From a virus (taxonomy: Duplodnaviria; Caudoviricetes): DNA of 61,166 nucleotides. Within the stretch, counting starts at the first letter, position 1; the number at the start of each line of letters is the position of its first letter. Below, one piece after another: positions 48,501-56,555 of the stretch. The notes under the pieces were generated by a model. It ran no database searches, had not been told where the DNA came from, and saw nothing but the letters and a program-made list of their open reading frames with translations. Location: positions 1 to 61,166 of IMG/VR virus record IMGVR_UViG_3300042291_001346. The stretch is one strand, 5' to 3'. A program made the position numbers and the translations under genes.

Positions 48501-48692
48501 ACATTCTCTAATGTGAATATTACAGTGAATACAAGAGTTGACTTTACACCTGACAATGCTAGTTATTCAGAAGTAACTACTTGTGGTATGTTACCTCAGG
48601 TTGATGTATTTGCAGGAACTTGTACATTCTACTCTTTATTTCCACCTCAGAATGATATTACAGGCGAAATAACAATATTCCCAACAGTATAA
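45582..48692 (+). CDS. Long modular tail fibre
   Basis: Repeats LTTTGSSG..TL.G..LNIP (x4), VP.SR..TING...DLS.DRSWT (x2), GN.LIGTSTD.G.KLDV.G (x2). Confidence 0.85.
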   Translation: MSEIIDISVGITEERIEISTTEVGIPEINATPTIIEVNIVTGTAINPQSYDLSDFTNNSSNPFVQYSALAGFVPTSRLITINGVTQDLSIDRSWTVTAATVWGGITGTLALQTDLQSALNAKQNILTLTTTGSSGASTLIGATLNIPTYTLAGLGGISLTSLSSTATGLTYTNTTGVFSLTSGYLIPTTASYNNANWDSAYTNRITSLTTTGSGAATLIGNVLNIPTPAAATFVSLTTTGSSGSSTLIGGILNVPTYTLSGLGGVPDSRTLTINGTTYDLSADRSWTIATGLTVGTTPISSGTVGRILFEGAGNVLQESANLFWDNTNGRLGIGGTPGAFNLDVVGTAKVSGNITVGSSTQYLNTYSDGSGYKGINMFSSGNFQTKIISAAGGAQFSGYDGSDVLHWRLQSGALNINRIFSGSLASVTYSPLAFESNYFPTSTSVAAYTFKTFTSSGSGVTIQRLQMFNGDNGKIVLNETGGNVLIGTSTDAGFKLDVNGTTRLQANTTIVGTNTPLSITGNGTSAFSMNSGNDVYFAFSSQSAVGRFYANPQGTIQNTYDRPVSVGFVGTLAGSDVWYGNMHPNGGAVKYNASENGASHSHIWYYNFTERMRLVSSGNLLIGTSTDSGYKLDVQGNTRITGAIYDSTASPGTSGQVLSSTVTGTAWQSLPSLTGFVPYTGATTNVDLGEYELKAGQLTLDLTPTGTAAIGTTQWNDSIGASQTTLKGGTVILKNGVDLVARVVNKVTPNATLTKANYTAVRISGAQGQRLAVEYAQANNDNNSADTIGLVCETIATNQEGFIITVGQIEDVNTTGSLQGETWADGDVLYLSPTVAGRLTNIKPTGLTGHIVVMGYVEYAHAVHGKIYVKVMNGWELDELHNVYINTTTLANNDLIQYDSSDSLWKNKSLSAAGIQSTITLTTTGTSGPATLVGSTLNIPQYGGGGGGGTIYKLTAQTLTAASWTLSGSYYIYTFSNVNITVNTRVDFTPDNASYSEVTTCGMLPQVDVFAGTCTFYSLFPPQNDITGEITIFPTV

Positions 48693-48694
48693 CC

Positions 48695-50893
48695 ATGGCA
48701 TTTAATCTACCAGTACAGAATTATTTTAGAAGAATTCAAGGACCTGCTACATGGGTAAGGCCTGCTGATTGGCCAGTGATTACAGATGTGGCTAATGAAG
48801 TACAATTCTTAATGTCAGATCTAGGAGATTCAAACTGTTCATTGAGAGCGAACTTTTCAAGAACATCAGGATCCCAAGATATGGTTATTGATTGGGGGGA
48901 TGGAACAACAACAACAATTAGTTCTACCTTAGGTACCGTTACTAATAAAACATATACACCAGGTACAGGAACACCTTGCTCACTTGGGTATACTACATTT
49001 AAAATTAGAGTATATTTTACAGGAACAGGTGTATCTGTTATAACTCAATGTCAAATTACTGCTGTCTATATTTCAGGTAATACATTTAGTACACAAAATT
49101 GTGCAGTACTAGAAGCTTATTATGGAGATGGCACAGTTCCATCAAGCATACCAACATTTTATGCATCAGGAGGAGCTTCAGCATCTCCTAGTTATTATAA
49201 TAATCTTACATATGTAAAACTCCCAGCAACTGTTACTTGGAGTAATATATCAAATATGTTTGCTGGCTGTACAGCTGTAAGAAAAATAGTAATGCCTACG
49301 TCAGCTTCAGCATTAACTAATATATCAAATACCTTTTTTAACTGTTATCTATTAGATGAATTAACGTTACCATCTAATGCAACACAAATAAGTACATTTA
49401 GTACTTCATTTCAAAACTGTTGGTATATACAAAAAATAACATTGCCTACTTCATTAAATCAAGTCAGTACTTTTCTTAATGCTTTTAATGCAAATTTTAA
49501 CCTTAGAAATATTACATTTCCATCTATAAATAATGCTACATCTTTTGGTACTGCATTTGGAAACTGTTATAGCTTAGAATGGGTTAAATTTACTAGCATG
49601 CCTACCGTAGCATTATCTGCTACATTTGCTAGTGCATTTTTAAATTGTCAGAATTTGCAAAATGTATATTTTCCTGCTACTGGTTCTTCAGCTCCTACTT
49701 GGGATTTTTCACAATGTTTTTCAAATTGTCGACAATTAAAAAGTGTTGTATTTCCTTCAGGTATAAATGTATCAGCATTTACTTCTACATTTGCAAGTAG
49801 TAGTAGTTTAGTGTCTTGTGTGCTTCCAACAAATGTTCCATCCTGTACTACATTTGCAAATTTATTTCAAGATTGTTTTGCATTAACTAATGTTACTTTG
49901 CCTTTAACTGCAGCATCAGTAGTAAGTTTATCAAATTCATTTTTAAATTGTTATAAGTTAGAAAAAATAACCATACCTTCAACTTTAAATATAGGGAGTT
50001 TATCTCAGACATTTAGTGGTTGTGCATCATTAAAAACAGTTAATTGGACTCCAGGAGCACAAAATTCTATGACAAGTCTTGTTAGTGCATTTGCTAGTTG
50101 CCGTAATTTAGAGTCCATAACATTACCAACTAGTATGAATTCTTGTTCTAATTTAGGAAGTACTTTTAGTGATTGTACTATGCTGAAAAGTGTTACATTT
50201 CCAGCATCTTTAAATGTTTGTATTTCAATAAGTTCGCTATTCAATCGTTGTAGTAGTTTAACTTCAGTTACCATGCCTACATCTATGAATGCTTGTAATA
50301 GCTTTACACAAGCATTTCAAGGATGTAGATCATTAACCTCTATTACATTACCTAATACTGTATCTACAGCAACAACTAGCTTTAGTTCAACATTTAATGA
50401 TTGCGGTTCTTTAAAGACTGTAGTACTTCCTGGATCAGCTCAATTAATCAATGTAACTTCAATAGATGGTATATTTAGTGGTTGTTCTAATTTAGTTACA
50501 ATAACAAACTTTGATAAAATTGGATCATTAGGAGCTACACCTTTAATTGGTGGTAGTAATAATAGCCTTGCTAGACTTACATCTATTTCATTTGTAGGGC
50601 CATATTCTACACTTTGGCTTAATGGAGCACCTATAAGTACAGGAAGAACAGATGTACAAGCTGTAAGATTACTTAACACATCAGCAGGACAATGGACAGG
50701 AAGTTCTCCGCAAATTAACGTATCATATACTAACATGTCTACTGCTAATTTAGTACAATTATTTACTGATATGGCAGCACAAGGTAACGTTGTAAGTAAA
50801 ACAATAAATATTACGGGAGCAACAGGAGCAGCAGGATTAACAGCAGCAGATAGATTAATAGTAACATCAAGAGGTTGGACAATAACAGGATAA
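48695..50893 (+). CDS. BspA-like leucine-rich-repeat protein (probable receptor-binding protein)
   Basis: WVRPADW, IDWGDGT, then about 18 repeats of F..C..L..V.LP. Confidence 0.8.
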   Translation: MAFNLPVQNYFRRIQGPATWVRPADWPVITDVANEVQFLMSDLGDSNCSLRANFSRTSGSQDMVIDWGDGTTTTISSTLGTVTNKTYTPGTGTPCSLGYTTFKIRVYFTGTGVSVITQCQITAVYISGNTFSTQNCAVLEAYYGDGTVPSSIPTFYASGGASASPSYYNNLTYVKLPATVTWSNISNMFAGCTAVRKIVMPTSASALTNISNTFFNCYLLDELTLPSNATQISTFSTSFQNCWYIQKITLPTSLNQVSTFLNAFNANFNLRNITFPSINNATSFGTAFGNCYSLEWVKFTSMPTVALSATFASAFLNCQNLQNVYFPATGSSAPTWDFSQCFSNCRQLKSVVFPSGINVSAFTSTFASSSSLVSCVLPTNVPSCTTFANLFQDCFALTNVTLPLTAASVVSLSNSFLNCYKLEKITIPSTLNIGSLSQTFSGCASLKTVNWTPGAQNSMTSLVSAFASCRNLESITLPTSMNSCSNLGSTFSDCTMLKSVTFPASLNVCISISSLFNRCSSLTSVTMPTSMNACNSFTQAFQGCRSLTSITLPNTVSTATTSFSSTFNDCGSLKTVVLPGSAQLINVTSIDGIFSGCSNLVTITNFDKIGSLGATPLIGGSNNSLARLTSISFVGPYSTLWLNGAPISTGRTDVQAVRLLNTSAGQWTGSSPQINVSYTNMSTANLVQLFTDMAAQGNVVSKTINITGATGAAGLTAADRLIVTSRGWTITG

Positions 50894-50895
50894 TC

Positions 50896-51060
50896 ATGGA
50901 AGATACATCAGGATTTTACAAATTTGAAGATGACAATTGGCAGTATGCACCTAACTTTGTATACGGTCCAGGATACGAATTACTTAGAGAAAATAAAGAC
51001 ACTTACAACTATCCTGTAGAAGGATGGAGTTGGTATGATGAATCACCTATAACAGAATAA
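50896..51060 (+). CDS. Small aromatic-rich protein
   Basis: MEDTSGFYK..APNFV..YNYPVEGWSWYD. Confidence 0.65.
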   Translation: MEDTSGFYKFEDDNWQYAPNFVYGPGYELLRENKDTYNYPVEGWSWYDESPITE

Positions 51061-51064
51061 TAAA

Positions 51065-51337
51065 ATGAAAACAACAACACCAGTACAAGGGGTAGCAATA
51101 GAACCTGTTTTATTCCCTCTTAATCAAGGTACAGCAACAAGGATGACTGTATTAGTACTTAATTTTGCAACAGATGCAACTACAGCAACTACTTATTGGC
51201 AGTTATTAACAGAAGAAGGAAAACAACTTGCTCAAGATAATTACACATTAACTGCTGAAGAATTTGCAAATTGGGGAGAAAATAATAACTTTGTGAATGA
51301 ATGCGTAGCAAACGCAATTGGCGTAGTATTAATTTAA
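51065..51337 (+). CDS. Hypothetical tail-associated protein
   Basis: 90 aa ORF. Confidence 0.65.
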   Translation: MKTTTPVQGVAIEPVLFPLNQGTATRMTVLVLNFATDATTATTYWQLLTEEGKQLAQDNYTLTAEEFANWGENNNFVNECVANAIGVVLI

Positions 51338-51347
51338 TAAATAAAAA

Positions 51348-51566
51348 ATGACAGCAAATCAACCACAAGCACCAAGACAGATTGTTTTAAATGAGGAACA
51401 CATTAAAAATTTAGAGGCTTACATTAGCGAAATACCAACTAGATTAGGACTTCCTTTAATCAATTTCTTGAACGCGCTTGCTCAAGAACAAGGAAATGAA
51501 AAAAATTCTGTGGAGCCTATTGATCCTATCGTTGCTGCTAGCATGCAGTCCAGCGAAGAGGTTTAA
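51348..51566 (+). CDS. Hypothetical protein (possible tail chaperone)
   Basis: 72 aa; overlaps the next gene by 71 nt. Confidence 0.55.
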   Translation: MTANQPQAPRQIVLNEEHIKNLEAYISEIPTRLGLPLINFLNALAQEQGNEKNSVEPIDPIVAASMQSSEEV

Positions 51567-51948
51567 TCGCTTAATTACTAAGCACCCTGAGTTACTTACT
51601 ATTGATAGTGTAGTAATATACGACACTATTACCCTATATGTACCAGAAGTACATACTGACACAGTAGTAACCTTAAAAGAATTAGTTGATACAGTAACTC
51701 TAACAAAAGATAGGGTTACTGTAAAAGCTTGGTATGTACCAAAAGAAAAAAAGGTATATATTAAAGGGGCATGTGCTCCTGTGTACATTACAAAAGTAAT
51801 TACCAAAAAAATCCCTGTAAAATACTACGAACATTATCCCTGGTGGAAAAAGTTTCTTAATAATGCATTAGCATTTCTTTTGATTTTTGGAATTCTATAT
51901 TTAATCTATATATTAGTTACCAAATATTTTAAGTTAATGCGACTGTAA
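51496..51948 (+). CDS. Putative unimolecular spanin
   Basis: Lipobox LLAC after MKKILW; beta-rich DT repeats; C-terminal TM; adjacent to holin and endolysin. Confidence 0.65.
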   Translation: MKKILWSLLILSLLLACSPAKRFNRLITKHPELLTIDSVVIYDTITLYVPEVHTDTVVTLKELVDTVTLTKDRVTVKAWYVPKEKKVYIKGACAPVYITKVITKKIPVKYYEHYPWWKKFLNNALAFLLIFGILYLIYILVTKYFKLMRL

Positions 51949-51967
51949 ATACAATTATTAAGAAATC

Positions 51968-52465
51968 ATGAAAGAAAAAATTGCAATATTTATTGTGGGA
52001 ATAGGAGCAGTAGTAGCTCCAGTTGAGATGTGTGCATTGTTATTAATGTTTGTAATTTTAATTGACACAATTGTTAAATTAATTTCCCTTAAAAAAATCG
52101 CATGCGTAGAGGGAAGAAAATACAGAGATGTATTTAAATCAAAAATCTTAAGAAGAGGATATATATTTAAAGCTGCAGGTTATTATATTTTTGCTGGAGC
52201 TTTATTTCCATTAGACTATTATGCACTTACTCCTTTTAGTAATGGAATAATTAAAGCATTAGGTTATAACTTAACTCTTCCAACTCAAGCTGTATACACT
52301 AATTTATTACTTTGTTTATTTGCTTTAATAGAGTTAGCATCAATAAACGAAAATTGGTTCGATATTACAGGAAACAATATGCTTAAGTCTGTTTTTACTG
52401 TAGTTAAAAAGATAAGAGGAACTATCGAGAAAATCTCGGATACATACAAAAACATAAAAAATTAA
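51968..52465 (+). CDS. Holin
   Basis: Several TMs, IDT..FKSK, IELASINEN (phage holin 4-like). Confidence 0.75.
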   Translation: MKEKIAIFIVGIGAVVAPVEMCALLLMFVILIDTIVKLISLKKIACVEGRKYRDVFKSKILRRGYIFKAAGYYIFAGALFPLDYYALTPFSNGIIKALGYNLTLPTQAVYTNLLLCLFALIELASINENWFDITGNNMLKSVFTVVKKIRGTIEKISDTYKNIKN

Positions 52466-52468
52466 TTT

Positions 52469-52987
52469 ATGAGTTATGACTTTCTAAAATCGGAAACTTC
52501 TCCGAAACTCCTTGTCGAAGCAGTGAAGCTATTAGGAACAAAAGAAGTAGTGGGTAAACAACATAACCCTGTAATTTTAGGATGGGCAAAAGAGTTAGGC
52601 CTAAGTAAAGTTTATACAGCAGACGAAATTCCATGGTGCGGATTAGCAATTGCTTATGCTTGTCACAAAGCAGGAGTAGGAGTAGTAGACAAACCATTAT
52701 GGGCGCTATCATGGGCCAAATGGGGAACCGAAGTAAAGGAACCGATGCTAGGAGATATCCTAACATTTAAAAGAGATGGTGGAGGACATGTAGGAATATA
52801 TGTTGGTGAAGATAAAGATTGTTACCACGTGCTTGGCGGAAATCAAGGAAACGCAATGAGTGTAAGTAGAATTGTAAAATCAAGATTGTATCAAGCAAGA
52901 AGAACCACATGGAAAGTTGCTCAACCAGCAAATGTTCGTAAAGTAATTCTAGATGCTAAAGGTGCTATCAGCAAAAACGAAGCATAA
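52469..52987 (+). CDS. Endolysin, TIGR02594 / NlpC-P60-like Cys peptidase
   Basis: DEIPWC, ALSW, GGGHVG, LGGNQ. Confidence 0.85.
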   Translation: MSYDFLKSETSPKLLVEAVKLLGTKEVVGKQHNPVILGWAKELGLSKVYTADEIPWCGLAIAYACHKAGVGVVDKPLWALSWAKWGTEVKEPMLGDILTFKRDGGGHVGIYVGEDKDCYHVLGGNQGNAMSVSRIVKSRLYQARRTTWKVAQPANVRKVILDAKGAISKNEA

Positions 52988-53865
52988 TGGAATTAGTAAA
53001 ACATGCAAAGAATATCCACGAATTAAAGATTCGTGGATCAAAAGTTAAAATCGGAATGTTTTCTGATATCCATTGGGATAATCCCAAATGCGATTGGGAT
53101 TTACTAAGAAAAGATTTAGATTACTGTCTTAAGCATTCAATACCAATGATGTTTAATGGGGATACTTTCTGCCTTATGCAAGGTAAATGGGATCCACGTG
53201 GCACTAAGTCTGACATACGACCAGAGCATAATAACATTAAGTATTTAGACTCTATCGTAGAAACAGCCGTAGATTTCTTTTCTCCTTACGCACATCTTAT
53301 TACTGTTATAGGATATGGTAATCACGAGACTGCTGTAATTAAAAGACAAGAGACTGATATCCTTCAACGATTTGTTGACCTACTTAATTATAAGAATGGT
53401 AGCAATGTACAAACTGGAGGATACGGAGGATGGCTAATTATTCGACAAGAGAGTAGACCTAAGTATCATACAGTTACTAAGATTAAATACTTTCACGGAT
53501 CAGGTGGAGGAGGAATAGTAACTCGCGGAGAAATCAATCTTACCAGAGCTCTAGAAATGTGTGAAGATTTTGATGTGTTTGCTATGGGGCATATACATGA
53601 AAATAAATGTACAAATGTTTCACGTGATGCTTTAGAACACCATGCTCTTACGGGATATAGACACAAGCAACGACAAATACATTTAATGATTACAGGTACT
53701 TATAAAGAAGAGTACGGTGATGGATCAAAAGGATGGCATGTTGAAAGAGGGGCTCCGCCAAAACCTGTAGGAAGTAGAATACTAATAATTGATACAAGAA
53801 GAGATGCATCTAATAACAAAGATGTTACTTTAAAATCATTTGATAGTATTAAATTCCCTATTTAA
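52987..53865 (+). CDS. Calcineurin-like metallophosphoesterase
   Basis: SDIH, GD, GNHE, HG, GHIH. Confidence 0.88.
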   Translation: MELVKHAKNIHELKIRGSKVKIGMFSDIHWDNPKCDWDLLRKDLDYCLKHSIPMMFNGDTFCLMQGKWDPRGTKSDIRPEHNNIKYLDSIVETAVDFFSPYAHLITVIGYGNHETAVIKRQETDILQRFVDLLNYKNGSNVQTGGYGGWLIIRQESRPKYHTVTKIKYFHGSGGGGIVTRGEINLTRALEMCEDFDVFAMGHIHENKCTNVSRDALEHHALTGYRHKQRQIHLMITGTYKEEYGDGSKGWHVERGAPPKPVGSRILIIDTRRDASNNKDVTLKSFDSIKFPI

Positions 53866-53885
53866 TAATTTTTTATATTTACATT

Positions 53886-54044
53886 ATGAAACTAAGAAAC
53901 AATTGGAAAAATGTCAATAAGCAGTGGGATAAAATCATGATTAGATTTAGAATCTCTGCAGTTGATATAATTAATATTGAGATAGACAAGTCAAGAAACT
54001 TCTATCTTATTACTATTTGTAACATTACTTTAAAGAATAGATAA
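53886..54044 (+). CDS. Small hypothetical protein (52 aa, not in ORF track)
   Basis: Hand translation MKLRNNWKNVNKQWDK..; TAATG overlap with the next ORF. Confidence 0.55.
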   Translation: MKLRNNWKNVNKQWDKIMIRFRISAVDIINIEIDKSRNFYLITICNITLKNR

Positions 54045-54184
54045 TGGCTAAGATTAAAGACACTACGGGAGGTGCTAAAGCTAAAGTAAAAGTATCTCGT
54101 CCAGGAGTACACGCTAAAACACAGACGTCTAAGATTAAAAGTTCTAAGAACTATAAAAAAGCTTACGGCGGCCAAGGCAGATAA
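54044..54184 (+). CDS. Small basic protein ending YGGQGR (46 aa, not in ORF track)
   Basis: MAKIKDTTGG..RPGVHAK..SKNYKKAYGGQGR; resembles phage K-x-Y-x-GQG peptides. Confidence 0.7.
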   Translation: MAKIKDTTGGAKAKVKVSRPGVHAKTQTSKIKSSKNYKKAYGGQGR

Positions 54185-54195
54185 TTAATTAATCG

Positions 54196-54203
54196 TATAT
54201 TTG
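54196..54203 (+). promoter_or_regulatory. Bacteroidota -7 promoter box
   Basis: TATATTTG-taatt-ATG. Confidence 0.55.
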
Positions 54204-54208
54204 TAATT

Positions 54209-54928
54209 ATGTTATCACTAAATGATTTACATGCTCAGATTGATGAGTCGTTAGAAATAAACTCGATAGAGTCCTCAAATTCCTATGAGCTCTATACGGA
54301 TTTAATTAACGAGCAGAGATCACTATGGATCAGAAATGAGTATAATAAGAATCGTAGTATAGATCCATATATATTACAAGAGATAACATGTTTAGAATTA
54401 GAGTTAGTTAATCCTATTGATTGTTGCATAGATGTACCAGCTGGTTGTCAAGTATTACGTACTGTTAAAGAGATACCTAATACAATTGAGTTTTTCTTTA
54501 CAAAAGGTATTGCAAGTGTTGGCCCTGCTGACATAATGAAACCTAGATTTATACTTATTGATTACTCTCGCGTACCTTACATAGGTCACGGTAGGACTAC
54601 TCAAAAAAGCATTTACACTTTCTTCTACGGTAAACATTTATATATTACAAGTAAATCATCTGCACATTTAATGATGAAGTACCTTAGTATTAGAGGAATC
54701 TTTGAAGATCCTACTGAGTTACAAGGATACTACAACTGTGCAGGAGAAGCTCCTTGTTGGACATCGTCAAGCGCTTATCCATTAAATATGTGGATGTGGG
54801 CATATATTAAACCGTTAATACTTCAACAATTGATGCAAAAAGGAATTGGTCAAAAAGATGAAGCTAATAATGCACAAGATCAAAAAAGTAGCTTAGGCAT
54901 AGGAGGACAACCAAGTGGAGGACAATAA
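54209..54928 (+). CDS. Tail ring protein
   Basis: LELELV..C..LRTVKEIP..GIFEDP..YPL. Confidence 0.65.
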   Translation: MLSLNDLHAQIDESLEINSIESSNSYELYTDLINEQRSLWIRNEYNKNRSIDPYILQEITCLELELVNPIDCCIDVPAGCQVLRTVKEIPNTIEFFFTKGIASVGPADIMKPRFILIDYSRVPYIGHGRTTQKSIYTFFYGKHLYITSKSSAHLMMKYLSIRGIFEDPTELQGYYNCAGEAPCWTSSSAYPLNMWMWAYIKPLILQQLMQKGIGQKDEANNAQDQKSSLGIGGQPSGGQ

Positions 54929-55454
54929 TTTTTTAAAGAGAGGTAAAGGTAAACTAACTGGTGATATCAAGAAGGACCAGTTTTACAAATACTACTCAGA
55001 GAATGCAAAAGAAAAAGTAGTTGAGCGCAGCACTTATAACAAATTTATAAAAGATTTGTTACAAACTTTTAGCCAAGAAATTGTAGAAAAAGGCTTAGAG
55101 TTAAAGATAAATCGAGTAGGTAAGTTAAGAGTAAGAAGTCGTGAGATGCATTTCTTTAAGAAGAATGGAGAACGCTCCAAAAGCTTAAGAGTAAATTGGG
55201 TCGCTACCTGGGAATACTGGCACACTAAGTATCCAGGATTAACTAAGGATCAAATTACAGAAGAAACAAACAAGACGTTAATTTATCATGAAAATGATCA
55301 CAGTAACCAAGAGTACTATGAGCATTTTTGGGATAACTTTACAGCTAATTTAAAATACAAGAGTTTTTATACTTTTAAAGCATCTAGACAATACTCTAGA
55401 TTAATTGCTCAAATAGTTAAAGACCCTAACCGTAAAACATTTTATTATGGATGA
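54915..55454 (+). CDS. IHF-like protein (crAss type)
   Basis: GTG start; LKINRVGKLRVR, VNWVAT, YHENDHS, FKASR. Confidence 0.6.
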   Translation: MEDNNFLKRGKGKLTGDIKKDQFYKYYSENAKEKVVERSTYNKFIKDLLQTFSQEIVEKGLELKINRVGKLRVRSREMHFFKKNGERSKSLRVNWVATWEYWHTKYPGLTKDQITEETNKTLIYHENDHSNQEYYEHFWDNFTANLKYKSFYTFKASRQYSRLIAQIVKDPNRKTFYYG

Positions 55455-55722
55455 TGCAATGGAAATGACAACAGGAGGTAAAGCAGTAGAATCTACTGTT
55501 AAAATTACTCGTAAAGAATTTGAAGACGGCGGTTCAGAAGAAACTCGTATCGAGCAAGTTGACGGAGGATTCATTATCACTAAAGAATGTCGTTGTAAAA
55601 ATGACAAAGGAGAGTGGGAATGGAAAACAGAAAAATCGGTAAGCACAGAAGATCCTTCTTTAGATAAAACTTCTGAAGGTATTGCTAGCCGCTTAGAATC
55701 AGTGCTTAAAAACTTAATGTAA
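55447..55722 (+). CDS. Acidic hypothetical protein
   Basis: 91 aa ORF. Confidence 0.65.
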   Translation: MDDAMEMTTGGKAVESTVKITRKEFEDGGSEETRIEQVDGGFIITKECRCKNDKGEWEWKTEKSVSTEDPSLDKTSEGIASRLESVLKNLM

Positions 55723-56546
55723 TGTACTCAGGTAAAACAGTCTCCTATAAAACAATCCTTGATAAAACTATCAGGGATTTTGGTTTTAACTACGACGTCA
55801 AAGAAGAAGAAGGCGTTGAGTGGCTTGCAGAGTTTATGGCGCATACTAATGTGCCCGTAACTATGGAAGAAAAAATCGCTTATATTCAAATTTGCGATGG
55901 GAGAGGTGATTTACCTTTTGACTTATATAAGATAGGACAAACTGCTCATATTGTAGGAGTTAGTACTATAGAGGAAGCAGAATGTGGTAAAGGTAGAATG
56001 TATCCAATGCGTTGGAAAACTGACTACTTCCACAACAGATATCATTTAGATGATAGAGATTATACTACCGAGGGTCGCGAGACTTATACAGTAGGACAAG
56101 GATATATCTTTGGTTCTATGAACGAAGGATTTGTAGCAATGTCATACAGCGCTATTCCTACAGACGAATGTGGATATCCTACTATTCCTGCAGAGCAACA
56201 ATGGTTGGAAGCAGGAGCACATTATATAGCACAACGAATCGCACGTAAGTTATTAATCCGTGGAGAAATCAACCCACAGGTTTATCAAATGATCGAGCAA
56301 GATAAAGAATGGTACTTTGCACAAGCAGTTAATCATGCTAAACAATGGAACGGCGTAGATGAAGCAGAAACAGTTAAAAACTCTGTTGTTCGTACTATTC
56401 CTCAATTGCAAGACCATGCATCATTCTTTGCAAATATGCAGTTACCTGAGCAACGTAAATTTAGACCTAAATCTGGTGTAGCATTAGTATCTACTATTAA
56501 TGCAGTATCACCAAGTGTCAATGGGCCAAACCCAGCAACATCCTAA
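55722..56546 (+). CDS. Tail tubular/ring protein
   Basis: GDLPFDL, Y.AIPTDECGYPTIP, WYFAQA; precedes the muzzle gene. Confidence 0.7.
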   Translation: MYSGKTVSYKTILDKTIRDFGFNYDVKEEEGVEWLAEFMAHTNVPVTMEEKIAYIQICDGRGDLPFDLYKIGQTAHIVGVSTIEEAECGKGRMYPMRWKTDYFHNRYHLDDRDYTTEGRETYTVGQGYIFGSMNEGFVAMSYSAIPTDECGYPTIPAEQQWLEAGAHYIAQRIARKLLIRGEINPQVYQMIEQDKEWYFAQAVNHAKQWNGVDEAETVKNSVVRTIPQLQDHASFFANMQLPEQRKFRPKSGVALVSTINAVSPSVNGPNPATS

Positions 56547-56555
56547 CAGCACAAC

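Noticed and set aside
45582-50893. Diversity-generating retroelement
   Set aside because: No reverse transcriptase and no adenine-specific template/variable repeat pair seen
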